The position numbers and the translations under genes are program-made. The notes beneath the pieces were generated by a model. The model was not told where the DNA came from. It made no database searches and saw only the letters and a program-made list of their open reading frames with translations. 64,000 nt of DNA from Candidatus Binatia bacterium (lineage in GTDB: Bacteria > Desulfobacterota > Binatia > Bin18): contig OX638322.1 in NCBI GenBank assembly GCA_951812575.1, positions 203,442 through 267,441 on the forward strand. The letters run 5' to 3'. This document shows, piece by piece, positions 38,814 through 47,602 of the stretch. How positions within the stretch are numbered: the first letter of the stretch is position 1; every line of letters begins with the position of its first letter.

Positions 38814-39224
38814 TCAGAGCTTGATCGAATGCCGTTCCACGTAGCTGAGCGCCGCGCGGGCGAGAAAGCCCGAGCGTGTTTCCCCTTCGCGGGCAGCAGC
38901 TTCGTCCACGATTGCTAGCACCCGTGTCGGTATGGTGATGTTCACTCGTTTGGCCTTGCTCGACAGCTTCGAGATATCAATCGACACCAGTGCCCAAGTT
39001 CCGCCTCTGTGTTCCTTATTGACACGGTGGGCTTCCAGTGGGGCTTGCTCGGGAATCGTTTCCCCGTCCATCAGTAGCCCTTCAAGATGACAGGCAATGG
39101 CTTCGTGCGCCGAGTCAATGGCTTCGTCCAGGGTGTCGCCGGCCGAAAAGCAGCCGGGCAGATCGGGCACGGTGACGCCATAGCCGCTATTACGGTCTTT
39201 ATGAATGACGATTGGAAAACGCAT
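38814..39224 (-). CDS. hicB: HicB antitoxin
   Basis: YGVTVPDLPGCFSAGDT, RVNITIP, TRSGFLA. Confidence 0.9.
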   Translation of the reverse strand: MRFPIVIHKDRNSGYGVTVPDLPGCFSAGDTLDEAIDSAHEAIACHLEGLLMDGETIPEQAPLEAHRVNKEHRGGTWALVSIDISKLSSKAKRVNITIPTRVLAIVDEAAAREGETRSGFLARAALSYVERHSIKL

Positions 39225-39418
39225 CAGCGGTCCTCCCATTTCCAGCCGGCCTGTCGAAAGATATTGCGTAGTGTCCCGATTGGAATATTCTTTGTCGGAT
39301 GCTTGACCGTCACTCGTCCGGACTTTTTGGGGTGAACGAACTGGTGGTGGCTCCCCTTGGTGTTCCGCACTACCCAACCCTCTCGCTTGAGCTTCCGAAT
39401 GATATCTCCGCTGGTCAT
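39224..39418 (-). CDS. hicA: HicA toxin
   Basis: IIRKLKREGW...KGSHHQFVHP...GTLRNI. Confidence 0.9.
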   Translation of the reverse strand: MTSGDIIRKLKREGWVVRNTKGSHHQFVHPKKSGRVTVKHPTKNIPIGTLRNIFRQAGWKWEDR

Positions 39419-39429
39419 GCTTGTTGAAA

Positions 39430-39444
39430 TGTGTATGGTACACA
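39430..39444. promoter_or_regulatory. Putative HicB operator palindrome
   Basis: TGTGTA-TGG-TACACA 12 nt upstream of the hicA ATG. Confidence 0.5.
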
Positions 39445-39549
39445 CTGATCTGAACATGTCAAACTCTCCACCACCGTGCCTGAAGATTGACAGCCGGCAC
39501 GTTGGCACGCTAATGGCTTGCAGAAAGGCTGTGCTCTAAAGGGGGGAAT

Positions 39550-40110
39550 ATGGAGCAGGGGGTACACAACGAAAGCCTGGACCAGATGGCCGAGCCGGTG
39601 CTCGCCTTTACCGCCAAAGCGGTCGAGATGATTAGACACGCCATGAGGCTGAAGGGCCTACGGGATGGTGGTATTCGGATGACGGTCGCAGGCGGCGGCT
39701 GCAAAGGCTTCCAGTACAGCCTGAACCTTGAGCGAACCGCGCAGGCGGACGATACGGTGGTCGTGCAGGACGGGGTCAAAGCCTTCCTCGACCCGAATAG
39801 CGCCCAGCACCTCCAGGGAACGCGGCTGGATTATGTCACCAATCGTCAGGGTACCGGCTTTCATTTTTTCGGGATGGAGTCATCCCGGACCATTGGTTGC
39901 CGCTCCACGGTTCTGCTGCGCTGGTGCATCGAGAACAACACCCGAACCGAGGGCTGCGTCCAGTGCGCCAAGCGACCGCTGATGGACATAGACCTGGAGG
40001 CGGCGACCCAGTTTGTGGACAGCAGACAGAGCATATCCCATCCTGGTCTGCGCCCGATGAAGCTGTGTGAAAAGTGTCACTATGTCATCTGTCAGTGTGA
40101 TAAAGAGTAA
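39550..40110 (+). CDS. IscA/HesB (A-type carrier) domain with Cys-rich C-terminal extension
   Basis: FTAKAV, GGGCKGFQY, LQGTRLDY, IGC, followed by CVQC, CEKC, CQC. Confidence 0.75.
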   Translation: MEQGVHNESLDQMAEPVLAFTAKAVEMIRHAMRLKGLRDGGIRMTVAGGGCKGFQYSLNLERTAQADDTVVVQDGVKAFLDPNSAQHLQGTRLDYVTNRQGTGFHFFGMESSRTIGCRSTVLLRWCIENNTRTEGCVQCAKRPLMDIDLEAATQFVDSRQSISHPGLRPMKLCEKCHYVICQCDKE

Positions 40111-40128
40111 TTTGCGCTACGGGCTCCC

Positions 40129-41145
40129 TCAGTGACTGAAGTAAGGTAAGCAGCCCGTCTCTTCCAATAGCGACCCAACCTCGTCCAGACTGACGGCATT
40201 CAGCACGGCAAATCGTTTCCGAAGCGTATCGAGACATTTTCTCTGATAGCCGAAGGGCGCCTGGGCATACGTCTGGCCGAGCAGGCTGAGTTCAACTTTC
40301 TCGTCGCCCCTTTCTATCGCCGCCGCATTGGCTACGAGAAACGGCAGATACGTTTCTGCCGCCAGGCGCAGCAGCCCGACCGTCGCCTCGGGCAGTGCAA
40401 CATGGGCGGGATACCACTCGCCTTCCAGACCGGAGGCATCGTCGAGTTGGCGCGTCCAGCTCTCGGTGCGTTGGGCGCGCTCGCGCATGATCGCCAGGGG
40501 CGTCGGATCGGTGGCCAGTGTTTTGAGCTGTCCAAACAGGCCGAAGTCGGCAATGGACGGGCGGCTGCCAAAGAGGTGGTCGTGGAGACCAACGTGGGTT
40601 TCCAGCACGTCCAGGGTACGAGTATAGGTCGCCTCGATAATGGGCGCGTTTTGTGGGGTGCAACCCACGAGCGGCATGCGTTCGATCTGGCGCTGGGCAA
40701 AACGCTCTGCCGCTGCGGCGCGCGATTCTCCTTTTTGATCGGGGAAGAAGTCGTCGGCAATCCAGAACGAGGCGTACTGAATGTCCGCGTCATAGGCCCA
40801 GCGGTAATGAAACATGGCTTTGGTCAGCCACTCGTCGGCAAAGTCTTCAATGAGAGAGGCGAGGAAGGCCCGGCCGGGCGAGTCGGGGATGACAGACCGC
40901 TGGTCAGGATGGCGCTGCTCCACATCCTCGATAATCGGCGTGGAATCAACCCGCCACTTCGCTTCGCCCGGAAAACGAATCATGGGCATGAGGAGGGGCT
41001 TTACCTCCGCGAACTCAGCCATATTCCGTTCGGTCCGCAGAACCCAGTCAAAGGGCAAGCGCCGGTAGCGCATGACCGCGCGGAGTTTCATGGAATAAGG
41101 TGAGCCGTTCTGGCCGACAACGACGTAGCGGGGACTGGAATTCAT
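40129..41145 (-). CDS. Glutathione S-transferase-like protein
   Basis: SPYSMKLRAVMRYRR, DSTPII, EDFADEW, RPSIADFG. Confidence 0.85.
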   Translation of the reverse strand: MNSSPRYVVVGQNGSPYSMKLRAVMRYRRLPFDWVLRTERNMAEFAEVKPLLMPMIRFPGEAKWRVDSTPIIEDVEQRHPDQRSVIPDSPGRAFLASLIEDFADEWLTKAMFHYRWAYDADIQYASFWIADDFFPDQKGESRAAAAERFAQRQIERMPLVGCTPQNAPIIEATYTRTLDVLETHVGLHDHLFGSRPSIADFGLFGQLKTLATDPTPLAIMRERAQRTESWTRQLDDASGLEGEWYPAHVALPEATVGLLRLAAETYLPFLVANAAAIERGDEKVELSLLGQTYAQAPFGYQRKCLDTLRKRFAVLNAVSLDEVGSLLEETGCLPYFSH

Positions 41146-41166
41146 TTACCCTTCCTTACACCACGG

Positions 41167-41535
41167 CTAGATTTGGAGCCCCGGCCACTTCGAGAACTCC
41201 GTATAGGTCCAGTCCGTGACGATTTTCCCGTCGCGGCAGGTGAGCACGGCGCAGAAGGGCAGTTGCCAGTCCGCGCCCTGGTCCGGGTCGAGCAGCACGG
41301 CCTCGACCACGACAACGTCTCCGGTTGCGTGCTTGCGATCAACCCGCATCTTTCGCTGTGGGGCGGCCTGGAGGACCTGCCGTTCAATGTCGATGAGCTG
41401 TTCGTGTCCGCGAATAAAGCCCCCATTCACTTCGCAGTCAGGGGTATAGACTTCGAAGACAAAGCGTTCAATGTCGGTGTTGTACATATCCTCATACGCC
41501 TGGGCGACCGCAAGGCTGCGTTCTTCCTGTGTCAT
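41167..41535 (-). CDS. SnoaL/NTF2-like protein
   Basis: GDVVVVE...FCAVLTCRDGKIVTDWTY. Confidence 0.75.
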   Translation of the reverse strand: MTQEERSLAVAQAYEDMYNTDIERFVFEVYTPDCEVNGGFIRGHEQLIDIERQVLQAAPQRKMRVDRKHATGDVVVVEAVLLDPDQGADWQLPFCAVLTCRDGKIVTDWTYTEFSKWPGLQI

Positions 41536-42203
41536 GATTCCCTCCTTCAGAATGCTGACAATTTGAGGATGCAAACGACAATTTGTCAAGAACCGCAGTC
41601 GCCCCTCGGTCTCCTTTGCTCGGGGAAGGCCGGTTGTGATATGGGTGCTGCCACGTCAATTTCAGGAAGCGCAGAGAAAAAGTATTATGTGTACGGGTAG
41701 ACTGTCTGCGGGCGTAAAAATCAGTCTCATCCTGTTCCTGCTAGGGATATGGGCGGTCCCTGCTCCGCTCGCCACGGCCCAAGACCAGACCCTCACCGGC
41801 TGGTTCAGTATGACCATCGCCGATCAGATCGAAGCTGCAAAAAGTTGTCCTTGGTCTGCAACGAGTAACTCTGAGTGGATTCGTATTACTTCCAGTCGTA
41901 GGGTGAGCGGTTCTGGAAGCGTCAGCTACTCGGTTACAACCAACCCTAAGGACACTGCTCGGACTGGGACTCTTCACATCGACGGCTGGACCTTTACGGT
42001 GACCCAGGCCGGAACTGCTGACGTTCTGTTTGAAGACGACATGGAGAATGGAGTAAACGGCTGGACTGAGCAGGCTTGTGCATTAGACGGCTGTGCCAAC
42101 GTTCCGGCGTGGGCTCTGACTACGGCTTCCTCCCGGAGCGGTACACATGCTTGGGCTGTCCGTCCAGGCGGCAATGATAGGGATGATCTGTGGATTGATC
42201 TTT

Positions 42204-42231
42204 TTTCTCCAGTTATCTTTCTCCAGTTATC
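42204..42231 (+). repeat. 14-bp perfect tandem duplication causing a frameshift
   Basis: TTTCTCCAGTTATC x2. Confidence 0.9.
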
Positions 42232-42261
42232 GATCTGACCGATGTCACTTCAGCAACTCTA

Positions 42262-43279
42262 GAGCCGTTTTCATGCTGCTGTAGCGAGGCGATAACCGGC
42301 GTGGCGGAAATAATTGGCACACTCCGTAGGGGAGACGGCAGCCAGGGCCGGGCTCACCGCCGCCCACAAGCTCGCCACCGTCCGCGGGGCGACCGCGCGC
42401 AGGCGGGCTTTGAGTTTCGCAAAGACCTGCTCGATGGGATTGAAGTCCGGGCTGTACGGGGGCAGATAGAGCAGTTGTGCGCCGACGGCTTCAACCGCTT
42501 GGCGGACCCCGGCCACTTTATGACAGGCCAGATTGTCTAGGACGACGCAGTCGCCCGGCTGGAGGGTGGGGGCGAGGACTTGTTCAACATACGCCACAAA
42601 GGCGGGGCCATCGACCGGACCGTCGAGGACAGCGGGGGCGGTGAGCTGGTGGGCGCGGAGCGCGGCAATGAGCGTCGTCGTTTGCCAATGGCCGTGGGGG
42701 ACTTTCGCCACGAGGCGCGTCCCGCGCCGACTCCGGCCATAGCGACGGGTCATCTTTGTCTGCAGAGCGGTCTCGTCTAGGAAGACGAGCCGCTGTCCGT
42801 CCCACTGCGGGGCCTGCCTCCGCCAGTGCTGCCGGGCCACCATGACATCAGGCCGATCTTGTTCGGCGGCGTGCAGGACTTTTTTTTACGGTCAGGCCAA
42901 GACGCCGGACGGCCCGCCAGACCGTGGTGAGCCCAACGGACACGCCCAAGGCCGTGCGCAATTCGGCCAGCGTCGCGTCGGGCTGCGCCGCGATGAGGGC
43001 TTCGAGTTGCTGGCGATACGGCGCTAGGAGCGGAGCCTGATACTGGGTCCGGTGCCTAGGGGCCACCTGGCCGCTCGCCCGGTAGCGCTGCATCAGCCGC
43101 CGTACCCAAGCCGGACTCACCCGATACTTGTGGGCCACCTCGGCGGTCGGGAGGCCCGCCTCCCGATCCGCCACTACCCGCTCCCGCAGGTCCAATGAAT
43201 ACGCTTGCATATGGCCTCCTGGCGACTGCCACCCTAACACTCTTGCTTCCCGACCGCTACACTACGGTGGAAACTGCTC
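42262..43279 (-). mobile_element. IS630-family insertion sequence
   Basis: TA duplicated at 42260-61 and 43280-81 within CTAG; imperfect IRs GAGCCGTTTTCA......TGTAGCG / GAGCAGTTTCCA......TGTAGCG. Confidence 0.9.
42271..43210 (-). CDS. IS630 transposase (ORF A + ORF B joined by -1 frameshift at A8, 42880-42887)
   Basis: AYSLDLRERV HTH; FLDET, VLDN, LPPYSPDFNPIE DDE motifs; -1 shift gives KKKVLHAAEQDRPDV. Confidence 0.9.
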
Positions 43280-43557
43280 TAGCCTTCTGGCAGCGGTCCG
43301 GCTTTAGCAGTGGCGACGCTGGTAGAGTAAGGGTACGGCCGGAGAACGGAGACTGGCACACCTTGGAGACCTTCATCGATCCGATCCCTGACTGGGAGCA
43401 GGTGTCAATTGACCTGACTCCTTTCAGCGGGCAGTCAATACAGCTCAATTTCAACCTAGTGTCTGAGTTTGGTCTGATGGCAGATGCCTGGTATATCGAC
43501 GACGTAGCCGTGTTCTCGTCGGATTTCGATACCGCCCCCGCCCCGGACCCGGACTAC

Positions 43558-43851
43558 TGTCGGGACTATGGCCCGTGTGGCGTGGGACAAGGGGATTGTG
43601 ACCCAGGGCAGTGTGCGGCGGGGCTGGTCTGCGCCACTGACGTGGGTCCACAGTACGGGCTGCCGGCCATCTATGATGTGTGCGAACTCCCAGAGGGGAG
43701 TTCTACCCCCGACCTGCACCTGTGTCGGGACTATGGCCCGTGCGGGGTGGGACAGGGAGACTGTGACCCCGGCCAGTGTGCGACGGGCTTAGTCTGTGCC
43801 GCTGATGTAGGGCCACAGTACGGGCTGCCGGCCATCTATGATGTGTGCGAG
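43558..43851 (+). repeat. Two 43-aa six-cysteine coding repeats
   Basis: CRDYGPCGVGQGDCDPGQCA.GLVCA.DVGPQYGLPAIYDVCE at 43558-43686 and 43723-43851. Confidence 0.9.
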
Positions 43852-44021
43852 GTGCCGCGTGGCTGAGGCTCTGATGCAGACACCCCCGGAGACACCCAAG
43901 CGCTGGGCACGTTTGTCATACCGAATTTCCCCAGGGCCGGTGACCACAAAAGGCTACGGTGGAAACAGTCGCTCCAGAACTTCGTAATCGTGCCCTGACA
44001 GTGTTCGCCAAGCCGCGTTCA

Positions 44022-44083
44022 GGAGTGCGGGCTTCCAGCCCGCAACAATGAGTAGAAGGCTGCGGGCAAGATGCCCGCGCTCC
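44022..44083. repeat. GGAG-type REP doublet
   Basis: GGAGTGCGGGCTTCCAGCCCGC...GCGGGCAAGATGCCCGCGCTCC. Confidence 0.65.
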
Positions 44084-44188
44084 CAGGGAAAGGGCTGCCC
44101 CTACGATAGGGTTCCGGTGCATAATCGGCTGGTTCTCATCGCAAAAAATACCTGTATAATAGCGCCTTATTTGTAAGAGGGGGAAAGT

Positions 44189-45349
44189 ATGGGCGTATTA
44201 TCTGGATATAAAGTTGTTGAATTCGCGGGTATTGGTCCTGCTCCAATGTGTGCGATGCTGCTCTCGGATATGGGAGCGGAGGTGCTGCGTCTGGACCGGG
44301 CCGAAGATGCCGACCTCGGCGTGCCGACCGACGCCAAGTTCAACCTGCTCGGACGCGGTCGCCGCTCGGTTGCGATTGACCTCAAGAAGCCGGAAGGGAC
44401 CGAGGCGGCGCTCAAGCTGATTGAACAGGCCGATGCGCTCATTGAGGGCTTCCGGCCTGGGGTGATGGAACGGCTGGGGCTCAGCCCCGAAGTGTGTATG
44501 GCCCGCAACCCCCGCCTGGTCTTTGGACGCATGACCGGTTGGGGGCAGGAGGGGCCGCTGGCCAACGCGGTTGGTCATGACATTAACTATATTGCCCTGA
44601 TTGGCGCGCTGCATTCGATTGGGCGTAAAGGCGAAGCGCCAGTGCCGCCCCTGAATCTGGTTGGTGACTTTGGCGGCGGCGGAGTCTTCCTCGCTCTGGG
44701 CGTGGTCGGTGCCCTGCTGGAAACCCAGAAGTCGGGCAAGGGCCAAGTCATTGACGTGGCCATGATCGATGGCGCGGCGTCGCTGATGACCGCCATCTAC
44801 GGTCTGCGCGCGGCCGGCAAGTGGACGGACAACCGTGGAGAAAACATTCTGGATACAGGCGCGCATTACTACAATGTGTATGAGACCAGCGATGGTCAGT
44901 ATCTCTCCATCGGCTCGATTGAAGCCAAATTCTATGCGGAACTGTTGCGTTTGACCGGGCTGGAGAGAGAAGAGCTGCCCCACCAGAACAACCGGGCCGA
45001 GTGGCCATCGCTGACCGAAAAACTGGCCGCGATTTTTAAGACCAGGACCCTGGCGGAATGGAACGAACTCCTGGAGGGCAGCGACATCTGCTACGCGCCC
45101 GTCCTGAATATGGCCGACGCGCCCAACCATCCGCACAACCAGGAGCGGGGCACATTTGTCGAGGTCGAGGGGGTTCCCCAGCCGGCTCCGGCGCCACGCT
45201 TCAGCCGCACTCCAAGCACCATCCAACGCCCGCCCGCCAGTCCGGGCGAGCACACGGAAGAGGCTCTGCGCGATTGGGGCTTTGACGCCGGAGAGCTTGA
45301 GCAGTTGCGGGGAAGCGGCGCGATCGGCGTTCGGACCGCAGCGAAATAA
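44189..45349 (+). CDS. CaiB/BaiF CoA-transferase, alpha-methylacyl-CoA racemase-like
   Basis: AGIGPAP, EGFRPGVMERLGL, GHDINY, GDFGGGG, PAPAPRFSRTP. Confidence 0.9.
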   Translation: MGVLSGYKVVEFAGIGPAPMCAMLLSDMGAEVLRLDRAEDADLGVPTDAKFNLLGRGRRSVAIDLKKPEGTEAALKLIEQADALIEGFRPGVMERLGLSPEVCMARNPRLVFGRMTGWGQEGPLANAVGHDINYIALIGALHSIGRKGEAPVPPLNLVGDFGGGGVFLALGVVGALLETQKSGKGQVIDVAMIDGAASLMTAIYGLRAAGKWTDNRGENILDTGAHYYNVYETSDGQYLSIGSIEAKFYAELLRLTGLEREELPHQNNRAEWPSLTEKLAAIFKTRTLAEWNELLEGSDICYAPVLNMADAPNHPHNQERGTFVEVEGVPQPAPAPRFSRTPSTIQRPPASPGEHTEEALRDWGFDAGELEQLRGSGAIGVRTAAK

Positions 45350-45431
45350 TCCCGGTAGCTATACGAACGGTGCTGGGCGGTCCCACGCTCAGCAAGTAAA
45401 AATGTCCCTTCAATATCACCCCGTGCAAAAT

Positions 45432-45469
45432 CCCCTCCTCGGAGGGGTGGCCGCAGGCCGGGGTGGGTT
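45432..45469. repeat. REP-like palindrome (copy of 3695-3735 family)
   Basis: CCCCTCCTCGGAGGGGTGGCCGCAGGCCGGGGTGGGTT. Confidence 0.7.
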
Positions 45470-45508
45470 CTCTCCTTTTCCACTCTGAAACGGAGAGGAG
45501 TCAGCACG

Positions 45509-46471
45509 ATGCAACTCGGCATGATTGGTTTGGGCCGGATGGGTCGCAATATGGTCCGCCGCCTCATGCGCGGTGGACATGCGTGTGTGGTGTTTGACCT
45601 GAACGCCCAGACGGTCAAACAGTGCGAGCGGGACGGAGCGATTGGTGCTGCTTCACTCGATGAGTTGATCCAAAAGCTCACGCCGCCTCGCGCCGTATGG
45701 GTCATGCTGCCGGCGGGCGCAGCAACGGATGAAACGGTAACCTCCCTGGCCGAAAAACTGGCTGCGAACGACAGCATCATCGATGGCGGAAACTCGCATT
45801 TTAAGGACGATATTCGACGCGCCCAAACCCTCAAACCGAAAGGGCTCCACTACGTTGATATTGGGACGAGCGGTGGGGTGTGGGGAGTCGAGCGCGGCTA
45901 TTGTCTGACGGTCGGCGGTGAGCAAGCGCCGGTCCGGCGGCTCGACCCGATTCTCCGCACCTTGGCCCCCGGCAAGGGAGCCATCCCGGAAACGCCGGGT
46001 CGTGAGTCGATGAACGGCACGGCCGAGCAGGGCTATCTGCACTGCGGCCCAGCCGGAGCCGGACATTTTGTGAAAATGATCCATAACGGCATCGAGTACG
46101 GGTTGATGCAGGCCTATGCCGAGGGCTTTGATATCCTGCGTGGTGCCAGTGCCGATGGGCTGGAGTATCACTACGAGTTGAATCTACCGGATATTGCCGA
46201 GGTGTGGCGCCGCGGCAGCGTGGTTGGCTCCTGGCTGCTGGATTTGACGGCCATGGCGCTGGCGGAAAGCCCGGAGCTGTCCGAGTTCTCCGGCGAGGTC
46301 CAGGATTCGGGCGAAGGCCGCTGGACGATTGCGACGGCCGTTGATGAGGCGGTTCCTGCCGATGTCCTCTCAGCGGCGCTCTATGCGCGCTTTCGGTCCC
46401 GCCAGGCTCATACCTTTGCCGAGAAAGTCTTATCGGCCATGCGCTTCAAGTTCGGCGGCCACCGCGAGTAG
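45509..46471 (+). CDS. gnd: Short-type 6-phosphogluconate dehydrogenase (decarboxylating)
   Basis: [36 protein letters not shown]. Confidence 0.92.
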   Translation: MQLGMIGLGRMGRNMVRRLMRGGHACVVFDLNAQTVKQCERDGAIGAASLDELIQKLTPPRAVWVMLPAGAATDETVTSLAEKLAANDSIIDGGNSHFKDDIRRAQTLKPKGLHYVDIGTSGGVWGVERGYCLTVGGEQAPVRRLDPILRTLAPGKGAIPETPGRESMNGTAEQGYLHCGPAGAGHFVKMIHNGIEYGLMQAYAEGFDILRGASADGLEYHYELNLPDIAEVWRRGSVVGSWLLDLTAMALAESPELSEFSGEVQDSGEGRWTIATAVDEAVPADVLSAALYARFRSRQAHTFAEKVLSAMRFKFGGHRE

Positions 46472-46495
46472 GGGCGACGCATGCGTCGCCCCTAC
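46468..46495. repeat. Perfect 28-bp GTAG palindrome
   Basis: GTAGGGGCGACGCATGCGTCGCCCCTAC, includes the gnd stop codon. Confidence 0.8.
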
Positions 46496-46533
46496 GGCTT
46501 GCGACAAACAATTCGGCATGAGAGAAAGCCGTC

Positions 46534-47568
46534 ATGACAACCCATGTCCTGGCCGGTGATATTGGCGGGACCAAGACCAACTTGGCCCTGTATGCCATTG
46601 AGGGAGGGGAAAGGCTCTCTCTCGTTCGGGAATCTTCTTTTCCAAGTACGCAGTACGTCGGGCTGGAGGACGTTATTGCCGACTTTTTTGCGGGGGAAGT
46701 TTCCCCCGAGCCGCCTCCCCGCTCCAGGGAGGCGGGCACGACAATAGCGGCCGGTGCATTTGGTATTGCCGGGCCGGTTCTTGACGGCAGGGTCGAGGCG
46801 ACAAATCTGCCCTGGAAAGTTGACGCTTCCGACATCCGCCAGGCTATCGGCGGTGGCCAGGTCCGGCTCATGAACGATCTTGAGGCAACCGCCTATGGAG
46901 CGCTGTTCCTGCCCGCTGAAGAAATTCTGACGCTCAATACGGGGACACCCCGGCGCGGCAACTGCGCGGTGATTGCGGCCGGCACCGGCCTGGGGCAGGC
47001 GTTTCTGTTTTGGGACGGGCAAGACTATAGGCCCGTCGCCACGGAAGGCGGCCATGTTGATTTCCCGCCTCGGAACGACAAGGAAGTAGCCCTGCTGCGC
47101 TTCCTCACAAAGCAGCACAACGGCCGGGTGTCCTGTGAGCGTGTGCTGTCCGGCCCTGGCCTGGTGAGCATCTTCAATTTTCTGTGTCGGGTCTTGCAGC
47201 GTCCGGTGGCCGAGACCCTGCGGGCGCGCCTGCACACCGAGGACGCGGCCGCGGTCATCGGTGAGGCGGGTGTCACCGGTAGTTGTCGGACCTGTATGGA
47301 GGCGGTGGACCTGTTTGTGAGTTTGTACGGAGCCCAAGCCGGCAATCTGGCCTTAACGGTGATGAGTGTTGGCGGGGTGTATATTGGTGGTGGGATCGTG
47401 ACCAAGCTGCTACCCAAAATGACGGCCGGTGGGTTTATGCGGTCCTTTACGGATAAAGGACGCTTCAGCCAACTCCTGCGGGATATGCCGGTTCGTATCA
47501 TTCTGAATCCCAAGGCGGCCCAGGTCGGCGCGGCCCACGCGGCCCGAGCGCTCGTAAACCAAAGTTGA
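46534..47568 (+). CDS. glk: Glucokinase
   Basis: LAGDIGGTK, MNDLEA, GTGLG, EGGH, FTDKGRF. Confidence 0.92.
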   Translation: MTTHVLAGDIGGTKTNLALYAIEGGERLSLVRESSFPSTQYVGLEDVIADFFAGEVSPEPPPRSREAGTTIAAGAFGIAGPVLDGRVEATNLPWKVDASDIRQAIGGGQVRLMNDLEATAYGALFLPAEEILTLNTGTPRRGNCAVIAAGTGLGQAFLFWDGQDYRPVATEGGHVDFPPRNDKEVALLRFLTKQHNGRVSCERVLSGPGLVSIFNFLCRVLQRPVAETLRARLHTEDAAAVIGEAGVTGSCRTCMEAVDLFVSLYGAQAGNLALTVMSVGGVYIGGGIVTKLLPKMTAGGFMRSFTDKGRFSQLLRDMPVRIILNPKAAQVGAAHAARALVNQS

Positions 47569-47602
47569 ACCGGCCGCCTCGACGACCGTCGAGCGGCCCC
47601 TC

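Larger units (their letters stand above)
41636..43866 (+). pseudogene. Exported BACON + beta-sandwich + Cys-repeat protein, broken by a 14-bp duplication and an IS630
   Basis: Signal peptide; BACON (CPWSATSNSEWI..FTVTQAG); FEDDME...WYIDDV; removing the duplication and IS restores FSPVIDLTDVTSATL|AFWQRS. Confidence 0.75.

Noticed and set aside
43954-43966. 13-mer CTACGGTGGAAAC identical to IS630 end (43262-43274)
   Set aside because: Lacks the terminal GCTCTAG and any transposase remnant; cannot be distinguished from chance or an old scar
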